A program made the position numbers and the translations under genes. A stretch of 61,632 nucleotides of DNA, counting the filler, from Sphacelaria rigidula (taxonomy: Eukaryota), in the NCBI GenBank assembly GCA_964200075.2. It is 11 parts of 11 records of this genome, joined end to end, with 100 filler letters (N's around TTAATTAATTAA, not from the genome) between each part and the next. Parts side by side here need not be neighbours in the genome. Positions count along the whole stretch, not along the records: positions 44,897 to 50,408 come from CAXNAA020026732.1; positions 50,509 to 56,020 come from CAXNAA020026733.1; positions 56,121 to 61,632 come from CAXNAA020026734.1; 8 more parts are not named here. One strand, 5' to 3'. Positions 49,015 through 61,632 of this stretch are shown in pieces. Every line of letters begins with the position of its first letter. Position 1 is the first letter of the stretch. The notes below the pieces were generated by a model. The model worked only from the letters and a program-made list of their open reading frames with translations. It did not search any database and was not told the origin of the DNA.

Positions 49015-49480
49015 TCGTCATCCCATCTATTCTGGACGCCAGTCTATACCTTCTGGTATATGTGAGCGCACCAGCCGGGGTAACACAGGAGGAAGGCCAA
49101 AACAGGACTTCTTGTCGTTTTTCATTTGTTCGAGTTCTCGAGCAATGCTACGGTAGGGGTGCACTTTTTCCGCGAAATCTTGTCTGAGGCCTTCCCTTGC
49201 TGTGTTATTGCGCGGTGACATGTCTCATGAATCGCACATACTTGGTCGCAGAGTATCGCACACACCTCTAATCCAGTCCGATGCCTGTATTTGTTTTTTT
49301 TTAGGGGGGTTATCGCGGCATTACTACTGTAGTCTCCATCTGGTACCCCTACCCAGAAACATTTTGTGCACCCCTACCGTAGCATTGCTTTCTCCACCTT
49401 CGGTCTGCGGTGCTTGCCTTATTTTTTTCATCGAGAGAGGGTTCAGCACTCCCTTTCCCTCGGTGACCATGAATTTGTTT
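49015..49480 (+). repeat. Dispersed retro-like repeat (partial reverse copy at about 51700-51870)
   Basis: catcccat..tctggacgccagtcta.acctt...gcgca.cagccggggt.acac.ggaggaaggc shared between the two loci. Confidence 0.7.
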
Positions 49481-52400
49481 TTGTTTTCATGCTTCATGTA
49501 AGGCATATTATAATTCGAATTCGAATGAATTCAACTTTTTTCGTTCGTTTTCCTCGTGAACTTCGGTCACTTCTTTCGCATCCGTGGTGTGATATTCGGA
49601 AAAAAGTAGCTCGTGAAGTCCGGAATTGTCATGTGTGCAAAGCCGGTTGACTAAAAGAAAACGGCCTTCGACCGGGCCGGGTCGTGCAGCGATTCCAAGC
49701 GGGGCTTGCAATGCACGCGGACCAAGGTCACCGATGGTGTAGTAGACGTAACCAAAAATTATATACCATTGTTCCTGTAACACCCGTACGTCTGTGAAGC
49801 ACATATACTGACCGTACGAAACATCCAGACACCAACTTGCAACGTACCGGCATAAATACGGTAGCATTGACCATTTCAAGTGTAAACGTCGAGAAGCATC
49901 TTCGTGCAATCTGGCAACTACTTTCTTTTTGTTTGCCAGACAGGTTTGAGGCGTACATGTTCCATGTTTTAGAGTGCTTCGAAGTAAAATACAGGGGCAG
50001 TGCAGGAAGACGGGGTGCTTGAGTACCGATGCAGCAGATTAAGCTAAAATATTGAACACAAGACTGCTGTGCTGCTGCTGTGGGCTTGCGTATGCGTGCT
50101 CGTGTGCTCTATATTGTCACACGACAAAATTCAGCCGATTTTTGGCTTCTATACTGTTGAAATTCTACCGAAAAAAATCAACTAATCAAGTTTGTTGATA
50201 TAATTGACGTGTTGTTGATTAGTTGATTAAATCAACTAATCATGATTTAATCCGATTTGGAAGAAAAAATCAAGAATCAAATCAACCCCTAAAAATAGCT
50301 CATATAATACAACCCTGTATGACAGCCAAGTGACAGCTGTTTCGTTCTTTCCTCCGTCGACCGGAACAAAAATGTAAATCCGGTTATACATAATTGGATT
50401 CGTACTTGNNNNNNNNNNNNNNNNNNNNNNNNNNNNNNNNNNNNNNNNNNNNTTAATTAATTAANNNNNNNNNNNNNNNNNNNNNNNNNNNNNNNNNNNN
50501 NNNNNNNNGAGCACACCGGGTTTTCGCCGGACCAGGCTCGCAATTAATCACCAAGCGCAAAGCGCCGTGTTGTGTTCGGCGAGCCGCATGAAGGGTGGGC
50601 TACATCCTGCTAAGATTGGTCGGCCCGAAGCCTATTGATTATGTTGTATTTGGATGACAGCCTACAATGAGCTGCTTCATTTTCTGGTATCACCACTTCC
50701 AGAGACAGCCACGGCTTATACACTACTTCATGAGTGTCTCACCATTTAAACACTACGTAGTACGATCATCCCCATTGTGCAGAGTTGAAGTTCTCCCACG
50801 CAGCACAACATGACCTAGCTCGACTACCATCATGATTCCCGCAAAAAAACGCAAGCGCGCACAACAAATCGGTAACCTGGTTGCCTACGCAATGAGTGGC
50901 GTGTTTTATAGCGTCATCGCTAACCGACGCCAACCCCATCGGGGGTCCGCCCCTACAAAGCCGGCACGGAGCACCCAGGATTCTCGCCGGACCAGGCTGT
51001 TAGGTTGGGGGGGAGGGGGGGATGATGAATCTTTCCAGCGAAGATCGTGCTCTCTCTAAGTGCTATGAGGTTTTGTTCGACAGTCGGTATTGGAATGCAA
51101 CGCCAATGAACGATATTGGGTTGCTATTCTCCAGTGGATTGGAACTGGGATTCCTTTGTAATGTCGGCAACATGTAGAATGACCGCGTCTATCGCGAGGT
51201 TGAAGAAGAGTCGTGACTGATTTAAGAACACGTTTAAGCTGGGTACACATGTCTGAGTACCAAATAGCGTACCAAACTTACTGGGCATAATATGTCAGAC
51301 AAAAACGAAACGGAAGTAAAGTACGGAATTGGTATTGCTAAATCGAAAACAAATCCTCACGCACATGAGTGGGTCAAACCGGGCGACAGCCGCTACTATT
51401 ACAGGATAATCCTTCGGGATGATGTGGTGCGGGCAGAGCTGGTGTAGAGTTGTCGGTAGCCCGTGTATGCCGGAGGTACGTCGGGACGCGCATTCTTCAT
51501 ACGACTCCGCCCCAGATTAATCTTGCATAGTTCAATAGACGGTTGGATGGTGGGTTTGAATCTCGGTGCAGTCACACGATCTGGGACATTCACACCGTGT
51601 CCAACACTGGAGAGCGAATATGTCGTGAGAACATGTCGACTTCACGGTCGACGAGGGAAAGGGACCACTGAACCCCCTCTTGCGATACGAAAAACAAATG
51701 AGGCAAGCACCGTAGAAGAAAGGTAAAGACCTGAAATAAATATTGAAAAAAATTCCCGGGGTGGCCTTCCTCCCGTGTGACCCCGGCTGATGCGCCGACA
51801 GATATCGAAAGGTGTAGACTGGCGTCCAGGACAAATGGGATGCCAACACAAATGCAACACTGCTTAATGTGAGAACTCGAAACACCCAGGCCGAGCGCTT
51901 ACGTAAATGACTGTTGATAGTCGTTACCAATGGAAATTTGAAGAAGCACACGATGCTCGACGACCTCGTCATGACAACACTAATGACTGCGTAATGGCTG
52001 TTTGTAGCCGTTGCCAGTTTGAACTGTTACGCAGCGCCAATGGGCGATATTGGCGTGCCGTATTCTCGATTAAGGGAGTTGAGTCAAATGTGAAAATTCG
52101 ACACACACCTTGAAGGGGCACATGATACTTGGCGACCTCATCATAACAACAGCAATAGCTGCAATGTATATCCACCACGTTGTCAGCAATCTGTGTACTG
52201 GTGTATGCTGGAGCTGGGGGGGAACGTGCATTTTCAAGGGACACCCCTCACGATTGAGCTTGTTCAGTCAAATGTGAGAAGTCGACGCACACGCCATCTC
52301 TGGAGGTGGGGTTTGGCCCAGGCCGAACGTTTGCGTGATGACTGTCGGTAGTCGTTGCCCCACGGGGTCAAACACCAAGGGGGAGAAGATCGGTGTTAAT

Positions 52401-53364
52401 TGAAAAATTGGCAAGGGTCACGCCTGAGGAATGAAAAATCGGATGGACAGACGGACAGACGGACAGATTTTTGTATTCCGAAATAGACAGCAGAGACTCC
52501 AGTTTACCACTGGAGAAGAACAAGTAAAATTAAGGGCGGTGCGCACTATTGCCTGTTGATTTCCACGTTGAGGGGCATACTTTTTTTTAGTCCATGGTAC
52601 CAAATATCTATGTAACTCCTGTCTACTAAAAATATCAACTACTTTTCAGCGTAATATTAAATTCAATTTCATTTCCGTGTGATATCGGTATCTGCTTGCA
52701 ATACTTCGACGCCGCGACTTGCTTGATTTCCGTTCGATATCGACGTCTACTTGAGCTCAGCGTAGTTTCGAAAACTCAGCTTTAGTAAGGAGTTAACATC
52801 TCGTTGGTTCAATAGTCGTAGTAGTACTTTTTCTCCAACTTTTGGTCACCCGAAAGTCGTGATTTCCGCCCGGCAGAGCAGAAGGAGATGCAAGGGTATC
52901 CGGAAGGTTTTTGTTCACGATCCCCTCTGGCACATACGATTGTTTTTGAAAGTCCTGTGAATGGTGGGAGGGTGAAGCATTTCCAAACAATGTGAACATG
53001 TATGAGCAAAAACCGACGTCCGCATCATCGTAAACTTTCCTGTACATGATGATTACCAAGCAGGATGCTGACTAAGGCAAAATGCGTGCTGCCGCTGTGA
53101 GACCACGGCTGGACCCCTGAGGGATCAGTTAAAGTGCGACAATCAATCAATCGATCGATCAAACTCTACTTCATTCTCCAACAACAAAAAAGGGGGTACA
53201 CCGGGCATCGCACCAGAGTTTTCTCCGTTTTTTCGCTCTTGGCCGAGCGTGCCGCGGTTTTGAACACAAGACTTCCCTCGCACTTAAAAAATAACACCAG
53301 GTATGGCTGTACAGTAGGAATAAAATGGCGACGCTCTTGCTGTTTTGATTTCACTTACCGTCAG

Positions 53365-53562
53365 GTGGAGGGAGAGCTGGAGTATCGCTTGAGGCAGAAA
53401 GTAGCGTTGCAGACACAACTCAAGGAGAAGATGCTGGAGCTAGATCGGCAGAACGTGCAATACCAGTCCCTGCTGAGGGTCGAGAGCGATCAGTTGGCTC
53501 TCATAGAGCGGCTCAGTAACAGCGAAAAACTGATGGACCAAGATGTAGCACCACGAAAGTAG
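53365..53562 (+). CDS. IFT20: Terminal exon of intraflagellar transport protein 20
   Basis: cgtcAG acceptor. VEGELEYRLRQKVALQTQLKEKMLELDRQNVQYQSLLRVESDQLALIERLS matches the IFT20 C-terminal coiled coil (EK..ELER...YqsL.kVE.eQ..lI.kL). Ends in TAG. Confidence 0.8.
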   Translation: MEGELEYRLRQKVALQTQLKEKMLELDRQNVQYQSLLRVESDQLALIERLSNSEKLMDQDVAPRK

Positions 53563-54599
53563 TCCATGAAATGAGCAAGTCGGCGTCGTAGACTTGGAGC
53601 AAGACCACCACCATAGGTGCTAAATGCAGTCTTGCAGTGTAGCACAACTGAGCGTACTATCAAATTCTTGCGTTGAGTGCGAGTGCACGGGAGAAATTGC
53701 ATTCGGCGAAAGCCAATTGGTGCCGTGGCAACAAGAACGCAAAGTGCATGAGCAACAAGCACGCGAGGCGCCTTGAAAATATGCCGGACGCAAAACATTG
53801 CGCCTGGAGGACATGAAGATATATACACGTACTGCACCTGACCACACGCGTAACGCTAGCGACATAGGGAACTTTGGAAGTGTTGCGCCTCCACTTAGAC
53901 ACGTTGCTCAACACCGACACATCTGACATCCTCTCAAATTGATCAACTGCTTTCTTTCACTTTGCCGACCAAGTAGAGCAAGCGCGGACTTGTGCAGTGA
54001 GTCTACTCCAAAGCAAGACCACGGACGACAGCATCACAGTCCTACAGTAGTATGACACTGTCGATACGTCGCACATACGACGATCACCAATGAAGTATGT
54101 ACAGGCGAGACATTGAAGACAAGGTATTACTTGAAATATACCAAGACCACGCTTTATGCAATCATCAACATGCAGTTGAAGTCAGGCAAACATTACACTG
54201 CAAATATTTCGGAATCGGGTGGTAACACAATCAAAACTGACGGCATCACCGACCCATGTCCTACACACGGCACTGTCAGCCGTACTACGGTGCAGGTCGA
54301 GTGAGGCACGCCGCTTCGAAATTCTATCTACATTAGACCACCCTCGCGAGACAAAGCATTACCTTTACACACAACTTCACCACACCAACAAATTTCGCCA
54401 CCCATCAACCGTAAAGATCATCGGCAAGAAGCTCATCAGTTCAAAGCACAGCTCTTCTTCCACGGATGTCAACTATTTATTGGCGAACCAAATCAATAAC
54501 ATCACCAACCGGAAAATATAACAACACCAATCGGAACACAAATGCCGAAATACTAATACTTTACAAAATCCCATCTCGTGTCCATTAGCTGATGACACA

Positions 54600-55500
54600 A
54601 ATGTTGAGAAGAACCAACGGCGGTTCCAGCTTCGGATCTTTTATCACCCAATCATGCGAAGAGCCGAAAATGCCGCTTCCCATGGCGAAGGCGCCGAGGC
54701 TTAATCCTGTGTTGGCCAGCAGCTGAAGATACCATGGCGTGATGTACAGAGCTGCCATACCTTCGAGCGTGACGACCAAAATCGATCCAATGCACAGTGT
54801 CGACACTATGAAACATATGTGCCGCGCGGCTCGTATCTGGGTAATTGAAAAAGAAGGATGGGCGTGCGTGCCGAAAAAGAGAGCCGAGGCACACGAGGAT
54901 AGGATACGTTTAATCAGACGGTCCTCGGATGCTGTTACTATTCCTGTATATATGTTTCATGAGACGGTGCTTCGATGATGTGACTACGTTTGTGTAGAAA
55001 TTCGCGAGGCGGGACAAGATTTCTGCGAGCAACACATTCGATGCAACTATGGGTGCAAGCGGCCTCCGAGACGAAGAGTGAAGTGAGATACTGGATAGCC
55101 CATCTTCAAAGAGACGCATACAGTTCCTCGGTGCGTGACGAGACCACTGTGCATATACATCTCAAGTGACATAACCTGCTTCGCCCATTGCTGGAGACGA
55201 AGTCAGAACGCTCGGGCTTGTTGGAAAACGGGCATTTCAATATTTGACCGTGGAAACATGTGCACCACCCACATCAGTGCGACCTGCAAGCGACATAATA
55301 CAGGGGCACATTGACAGAGACGAAGGCACAGGATGGCCACCGCCTACAGTACGGCATTGGGGGGGGTTGGCGGAGATATCCACAAGCACCAAACCGCACA
55401 GAACGACGAGCAGAATCACCGCTAAGGACGCCGTCTGTTGACTCGGCAGTCCGAGTCTTCGGGCAAGTAACAAGCAACGGTCTATCGCTGAGAAAAGCGA
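54600..55500 (-). mobile_element. Possible highly decayed CRE-like non-LTR RT
   Basis: Scattered colinear motifs AESTDGVLSG (QG region), SANPP and SNSIRG, recalled from such elements; many frameshifts. Confidence 0.35.
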
Positions 55501-58500
55501 AAATCTCACTCCCTCTCAACGAGAAACGGCCTGGCGTTCTTTACATCACAAGAAAACGTGCATCCCATCCTACAATTATGCGATGCAATATGATACGCAC
55601 GAGCATATTACCTTACTTCTGCACACTGTGTTGTGCTCCTCAAACTGTGAAGTTGTCAGAGATGACGGGTATGTCTAATGAAATATTGTCAAGTGTTAGC
55701 GGAATAGACTACAGTCGCAACGTTCCGTTGTCTTCTCGACCACACACTGCAAAAAACTGTATATGTACACGAACATTAGGCGCGACGCGGAGATATCGGA
55801 TCTGAAAAGTGGGTTTAGAGCATCCAGAAGCGTGTCGGTCGTTGCTTCAAAAATGGAACCCATCCGCGGGTTCAGTTCGTATACTACGGGGGGTTTCGAT
55901 TGCACGTGTTGTGCGTGGGGAATCATCGATGATCCGGGAAAAGTCGTTCGTCGTATTAACAGCCGATTTTCGAAAACGGGGTTGAAAAAATAAATGAGGT
56001 TCAACTCAAAAGCCGTGCTTNNNNNNNNNNNNNNNNNNNNNNNNNNNNNNNNNNNNNNNNNNNNTTAATTAATTAANNNNNNNNNNNNNNNNNNNNNNNN
56101 NNNNNNNNNNNNNNNNNNNNCAGGTTTCAGCGAGGGGGGTGATGTTCACCTTGAGCTGCACGGATTCTGCCCAAACTCGTTGCATACAGCACTCTTGCCA
56201 TCGCAATTTGCGAGAGGAACTGTCTGCCTATATATGAACACACCTTAATTGTTCACGCGTCTCCTCCTCCCTCTTGGGCGATGATGTCTGGGCCGCTCTT
56301 GAATGCACAGCAGGTGCGGACCGTGCTTGCGAAAACAGGATATTTGCCATCATCCAACACTTTTCACCGTTTTTCGCGGAGGCGTTTAAAAGGCTATTAA
56401 AAAAAAAAAATCCCCCGGCGTAGCACTGCACCATTGCGTTTTCCGTAGGTCACAGTTTCGTTCTCGGCCAAAAACTGGGACAGTACAGCCCGTACTCGGA
56501 CATGCAGTAGTACAAGGTTACAAGTATACCCTGCCCGCTGAGCATGTTTTCTATACGTGTAGCTGTGTTCATGTGAACTATGTGCGTGCTGCTCACCTGC
56601 CCTGTCCGAGTACAGGCTGTACTCTGCAAGCACAAAGAGTACAGTAGTGACGGTGTTTGCGAAGACCAAATTCGGGTCTGAACTTGGACTTTGTAATTCC
56701 CCCGATGTCCAAAGTCAGTCTAAAGTCCGATGGTTGCATTTCGCTCGGTTCGGACTTTTAATAGGAGATGCTGTTGACCAACAGGCGTGACGTGTAACGT
56801 GTAATCGTCCTCCCGACAACACACACCACACCAACCATCTCGCTGCTCGCGCAAGCACCGGAGCACACGTCCAGAACATGGCGAATCAACGGGTGATGGT
56901 GTGGTTGTGGTGTTCTTTTGAGGTCAGCACAGCAACATATATATGCACAAAGGAATAGTATTTTTAGCACAACTCGACACAGACAGCGATAGAAGTAACG
57001 TGTATCCGGTTTGCACAGAAGTTGTTGCAGACCAGGAGAATCATTTTGATCACAAATCATGAATCACATGGGCACAAACGACATACTTTTTACTCGTGGC
57101 CTGTCTTTGCCGCTTGCCTGATCCCTCTTGTGTTGCCAACATAGCTTCACACTGTGGTGATGTTATGGAACACCAAGTAGAGACACCAGTAGCGTGCAGT
57201 AGACTGTGTTCAGTCCAGAACGATGCACGCTCACTGTTTCTTGCTGCTGAGTCCAGCGAAGATATACAACTGATGCTGACTTTGTTCGCACTTGAGTGCG
57301 GGTGGGTGTAAAGTCGTGAGGGTTTCTCCTGTAGTATTTTCTCTATATTTGCGGAGCATCCAGGTAAACTCTAGGTAACAGACAGTAGTAGGTCGTATTG
57401 TGAAGTGTATTATCCGTGTTCAATCCCAAACTAAGTATCATTCCTCCAAAAGGCGATAAATAATGTGGTGCCACCCTAACTCTGTGCGTACCGAAACACC
57501 ACATTCAGCGCTACAACTGTTCAGGCACTCTCGAGCGCCCATCGCACCGTGATCGTCGTAGAGTGTTTAGATGCATAACTGTCGTGGTCGAGTCTCAGGG
57601 TGGCGTATCAAGCTCGTGGGACATAGGCTGGGAGTGGTGAAACACCAGCGGCCAGCGTAACCGTTACTGCAGGCAAGCAATTGTGCTGCACCAGAGACTC
57701 ACCGAAGAGCCCGGTTCAGCCAGCACTGCATACATCATGCAAAACACAGGCTTACTTTCACGTGCAGGAGAGGTGCTCTTGACTTGCTTGCAAGCGAGGT
57801 GTCTCCAAGTGGTGGCTGATAGCGCTGTTATTAAGCTTGGCTAGGTAGCTAAACACGAGTGACCAGCCTGGGGCGATACTGTAAAACCAGACTGGAATAT
57901 AACCTGACTAACGTACGGCTGGAATACGACCTATCGCCCATATCACGCACATCGAGAACGTCTTCTATATAAGCGACTGATATCCGCCGTCACATCCCCC
58001 TCTCTTGCTTTGTGAACGCTGTAATGCAAGGTAGGGAATATCACGACTTATTTCATACGAAAAAAGATCCACTCAAATACATATCATCAACCTTAAATCG
58101 ACGAGGAAACCGCGGAATTTCAGGGCTAGCGATGACCACGGAAAAAAACTCGCCATGAAATGAAAAGATGGGCCAAACCTGGTATTTAGGGTAAAGGCCT
58201 CATCGTTTGGGGAAAAAATCTCTCACTCCCTTTCGGATCATAGCGAGTGCTTTCGCATGTGCTATGTCGTCCCGGGATCCCAGTTACACTGGAAACAGAA
58301 ACCACAGAGGATAGTAAAAAACTATCCTCAGGTGGTAACGGCGCTCAGACACCCGTGATCGATTAGATCGATCCTGGGTAGTGTGGGACTCGCAAAAAGC
58401 TGACCCACTAAAAAAACCCCAAGAAAGCGCCTACTGGTTGATGGGAGTGCATAGGCTTTTCTCTCACCGACCAGCAGCAACTGACCTACTGCACACCGGG

Positions 58501-59582
58501 GGACTCCTATATCTTAGATCAACAGTTCCGTCACGGTACAGTGTCCAAGCAGGAACTCGGTGCCCACCCGTTTTGTACAATGCTTACTCCACGGTATGAA
58601 TTACTCTACTTGAAAGGGGTGGGGCACCCTAAAATCGGATCAACGTTCGCCGAGGACGAAGAAACGTGATGAACGAACCGATGAAACAAAGGGTGGGATC
58701 GGGTCTGACAAAACCAAGAAATATATTATTTCCATGGAGTGCAAGACCGGGAAATAAAAACAAAGAGCGGAGCAAGATCAACTCCGCGAAAAGGTGGAGA
58801 AGAGAAGAGAAACCGAAAAATAGTGCTGGAGGAACGAACCAGGCCCACAACAAAGGAGAAAGGGAGAAAGGAAACTGAAGCATGAAGGAAAACTAGGAAG
58901 GACATACCACGTCCCTAGTAAGAAAAAACAATTAATGAAACATAAAAACAGTTGAAAAAAATAAAAATAAAAATGATGACACGAGAAAGAGGATTAGGTC
59001 CTATGAAATCAAGAGAAACCAAAACGGGTGAGGGAAAAAGAGCAAATGGAATCCAGGCTAAAAAACCGAACAGAGAAAACAAAATGAGGGCCTACGGAGG
59101 GAGTTCTGATCCGAAAAAAACGAGACAAACAAATCGAGAAGCCCCCCCTCCCCCCAAATCAAGATCAAACGTTATAAGGTGAGAAAATAAAGCCGGGAAC
59201 GATACAAGGTATACAACCGAGCTCATGATCAACGGGAAAACACGAACAAAAACAGACCCGAAGAGAGTAGAAAAAAATTAAATACTAAACAGCTGCTCTA
59301 CTGAAAAAAAAGAAACAGTACTGAACTACTGCTCATTAATATATATAAAAAATGCAAATACAAATACAAAGCGCTGCTTGCTCCTGTAATGCACCACGAA
59401 ACGATCTCCTGCTTCCCTTCGTACAATATTAATGCTTTTCTCTGCTTCACTCGCTCAATGCCATCGGCTCGCTCGTCTGGGCCACTTGCTGGAGCTCTTC
59501 ACTTGAAGACTCCACGCGGTCTTCCTCGTCTCATCACTCTTCCAAAGCGTTCACCGTCATCGAGCACTTGTCCTTTTTGCTG

Positions 59583-60756
59583 CACACGTGGACAAATAGC
59601 ACCCTGTGGGGCACGTCTACAGGGTTCAGAGAAACTGTGCAGTGTTTCTCGCGGGGATTTGACTGTAGGGTACTATTTTATGCAACACAGGGCGCTTCGC
59701 AGGGTTTCGTCACTTCGTGTAGAATTCATCGCTGTTATTATACTGTACAGGCTTTGCAGCGCACAAACAATATACTCCCTACAGCATGGGCATAGTACTG
59801 GCAGAAAAAAACGGTCAAGAATCTAAAGCAGGGGGACTCGAACTCACGATGTCGTGCTTGGGCATGTGTCAGTGTGCACATTGATTGAGCTACCTGACTT
59901 GTTGTGACGCGCAACAGATATTTTGTGCCTCTATTAACTATCAAGCAAAAACCTCTTACAAACGAATACTCGGTTGAGTGATTTTGGTAGACTGTGCACC
60001 ACGGGGTTTTCAAAAGCAATACAATCATACGCGAGGTATATACCGTTCTGCTGGATTCTTATCACGCCAAGTTTGTGCATGAAGCACAGGTGTGGACATA
60101 CACACGTAACCAATGTGTGGGATATCGACTCAGCAAAAGCTGTTGAGAAATATTCATACTTTGGGGGCTATAGGATAAAATGCTCTCAACAAATTTTGTT
60201 GCGTATGATCCCATACGCTGGTAACGGTGCAGTATGCGGGATATGCACAGCTAACGCTGCTTGCAATAAATATATTTTCCCCCAATTTCCGAATAAAATT
60301 GGAGGGCAAAGTGAAGATTTATTTTCAGCTTCTTCTGCTATTCTAATTCCAACTCTGCCAGTGTGCATGGGATTTGCGCAGCAGAATAAGCTGTTCGAAA
60401 AAGATTCTTTTTTCCCCCAATTTATATGGGCGAAAAAATGATCTGTTTTGAATAGATTCTTCTGCTGTTCGAAATATATCCTTTTTTGGCCCAAATATAT
60501 TGGGCGAAAAAATGATCTGTTTTGAATAGGTTCTCCTGCTGTTCGAGATCAATTTACAGATTTTATACCAAAACAATTTGGAATTTTCGAAATTGGGAAG
60601 GCCTCTCCACAGGGTTGCTTGCAGGGTTTCGACAAAAATGCTATGCAAAATGCTATTACAGGTACTAGGGTTTGCAAATGCTGCACAGGGGTTTTCACGA
60701 AGACTGTGGAGGACCCTGTGCAGCTCGTCTTACAGGGTGCTATTTGTCCACGTGTG
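59583..60756. mobile_element. CACAC-ended non-autonomous DNA transposon (1174 bp), 2-bp TSD (TG)
   Basis: Perfect 25-bp TIR cacacgtggacaaatagcaccctgt / acagggtgctatttgtccacgtgtg; subterminal CAGGG repeats; nested IR element at about 60277-60599. Confidence 0.9.
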
Positions 60757-61632
60757 TGAGCTCCGTCAAAATCCTCTCGGAATGCGAAACCTATGAGGAA
60801 TAAGTTCAGGACATCACTGCGCGGCAGAGGGACATGGCGTGCTCGGGCGGGATGGCATAATTGACGCCTTGGCTGGGTGGTGCAGATGCCAAAGGCCGTG
60901 GAACCCGTCCACTTGGGAAGCATAAGGCTTTCCAGGACTCTGCTTCCTGGTAGCCTCTCTGACATTACTCCATCCTGGGCCTTTGCTCGCTATTTCCAAC
61001 CCGATTTTTTTCTGGATTTAGACTCACGACGGTGTTTCAGGGTGAGGAGGTGGGGTGTGAGGTTTTAAAGGTTGGCGTCGCCTCGAAGTCTGGTGTTCAA
61101 CCAAACTAGGCGGACCCGTCAGCGGTTGAATATCTCAGGTGGGGCGGGTAAGGGTATGTGGTTCGACCTATGGCGGACTATCTTGCGCGTACGTATTTTG
61201 TGTCCTTGCACCACCACCTCCAGACCGCGTGCCGTCATCTATCCTTGCCAACTTTCCATGTCCCGTGTACTAGTGCTGCAGTTTCCTGCCGTTGCCATCC
61301 TGACATTGAGATCTCACCTTCCGGATCCATCACCAGTCTTACCTCGCATAGGTGCTATTCGCGCTGTTATACGAAAGGGTCCAGTTGTATACTCGGTGCC
61401 GCTTCTTGTGATATAAGTGAGAGTCAGCTTAGATGTATGCGTGGTTTTGCGTTGACACGGCAACTCCGGGAGGGGAGCAGCGTGTCATGCAATGTGCGCT
61501 TGGTTCAAGGTGCCAATGAGACATGTTCACCCCACATGACTTGCAAAGCTCTGACAACGTATCCAGAGGCCATCTGTCGTGGTCTGATCACGAGGTGATA
61601 CTGGCTTCACTCTCGAAGGACATGCTAGGCCA

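Larger units (their letters stand above)
47719..50317 (-). mobile_element. Non-autonomous hAT element with nested insertions and decayed BED-finger remnant
   Basis: TIR tacggttgtat / atacaaccctg; 8-bp TSD catgacag / tatgacag; subterminal ATCAA/TTGAT repeats. Minus-strand RCKLVSGC...GT..NFWLRLLHH at about 49730-49850. Confidence 0.75.

Noticed and set aside
39292..53562. DPH2-IFT20 gene cluster, or IFT20 exon as a DPH2 exon
   Set aside because: Different concatenated contigs and unrelated protein families.
1..61632. Endogenous giant-virus or bacterial insert
   Set aside because: No gene-dense intronless region or viral hallmark ORFs seen.

Overview
Eukaryotic, repeat-rich DNA. It is probably a stramenopile/brown alga; this is inferred from the transposon landscape, short exons in long introns, a flagellar IFT20 exon and TTAGGG-type repeats. 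The window is NOT contiguous genome: it is 11 contigs of exactly 5512 bp joined by ten identical 100-bp linkers (44N-TTAATTAATTAA-44N), so adjacency across linkers is meaningless. Host genes: three 5' exons of DPH2 (diphthamide synthesis) carrying a very large Cys-dotted low-complexity insertion, the last exon of IFT20, one exon of a P4-type ATPase, and a tRNA-Asp(GTC). The rest is mostly decayed mobile DNA: a chromodomain Gypsy lacking its RT/RNaseH core, a Copia 3' half, RTE-type and other LINE remnants, and many nested MITE/foldback families. These families have distinct TIR/TSD signatures (TA; 2-bp; 3-bp; 8-bp). The most interesting signal is a pair of retroelement families that share the 3' terminus ATGAGTAC(A/G), have no poly(A) tail and insert repeatedly into G/C-run targets. 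No CRISPR or prokaryotic-type system is present. Protein-family calls are by motif recognition only; no database search was run.
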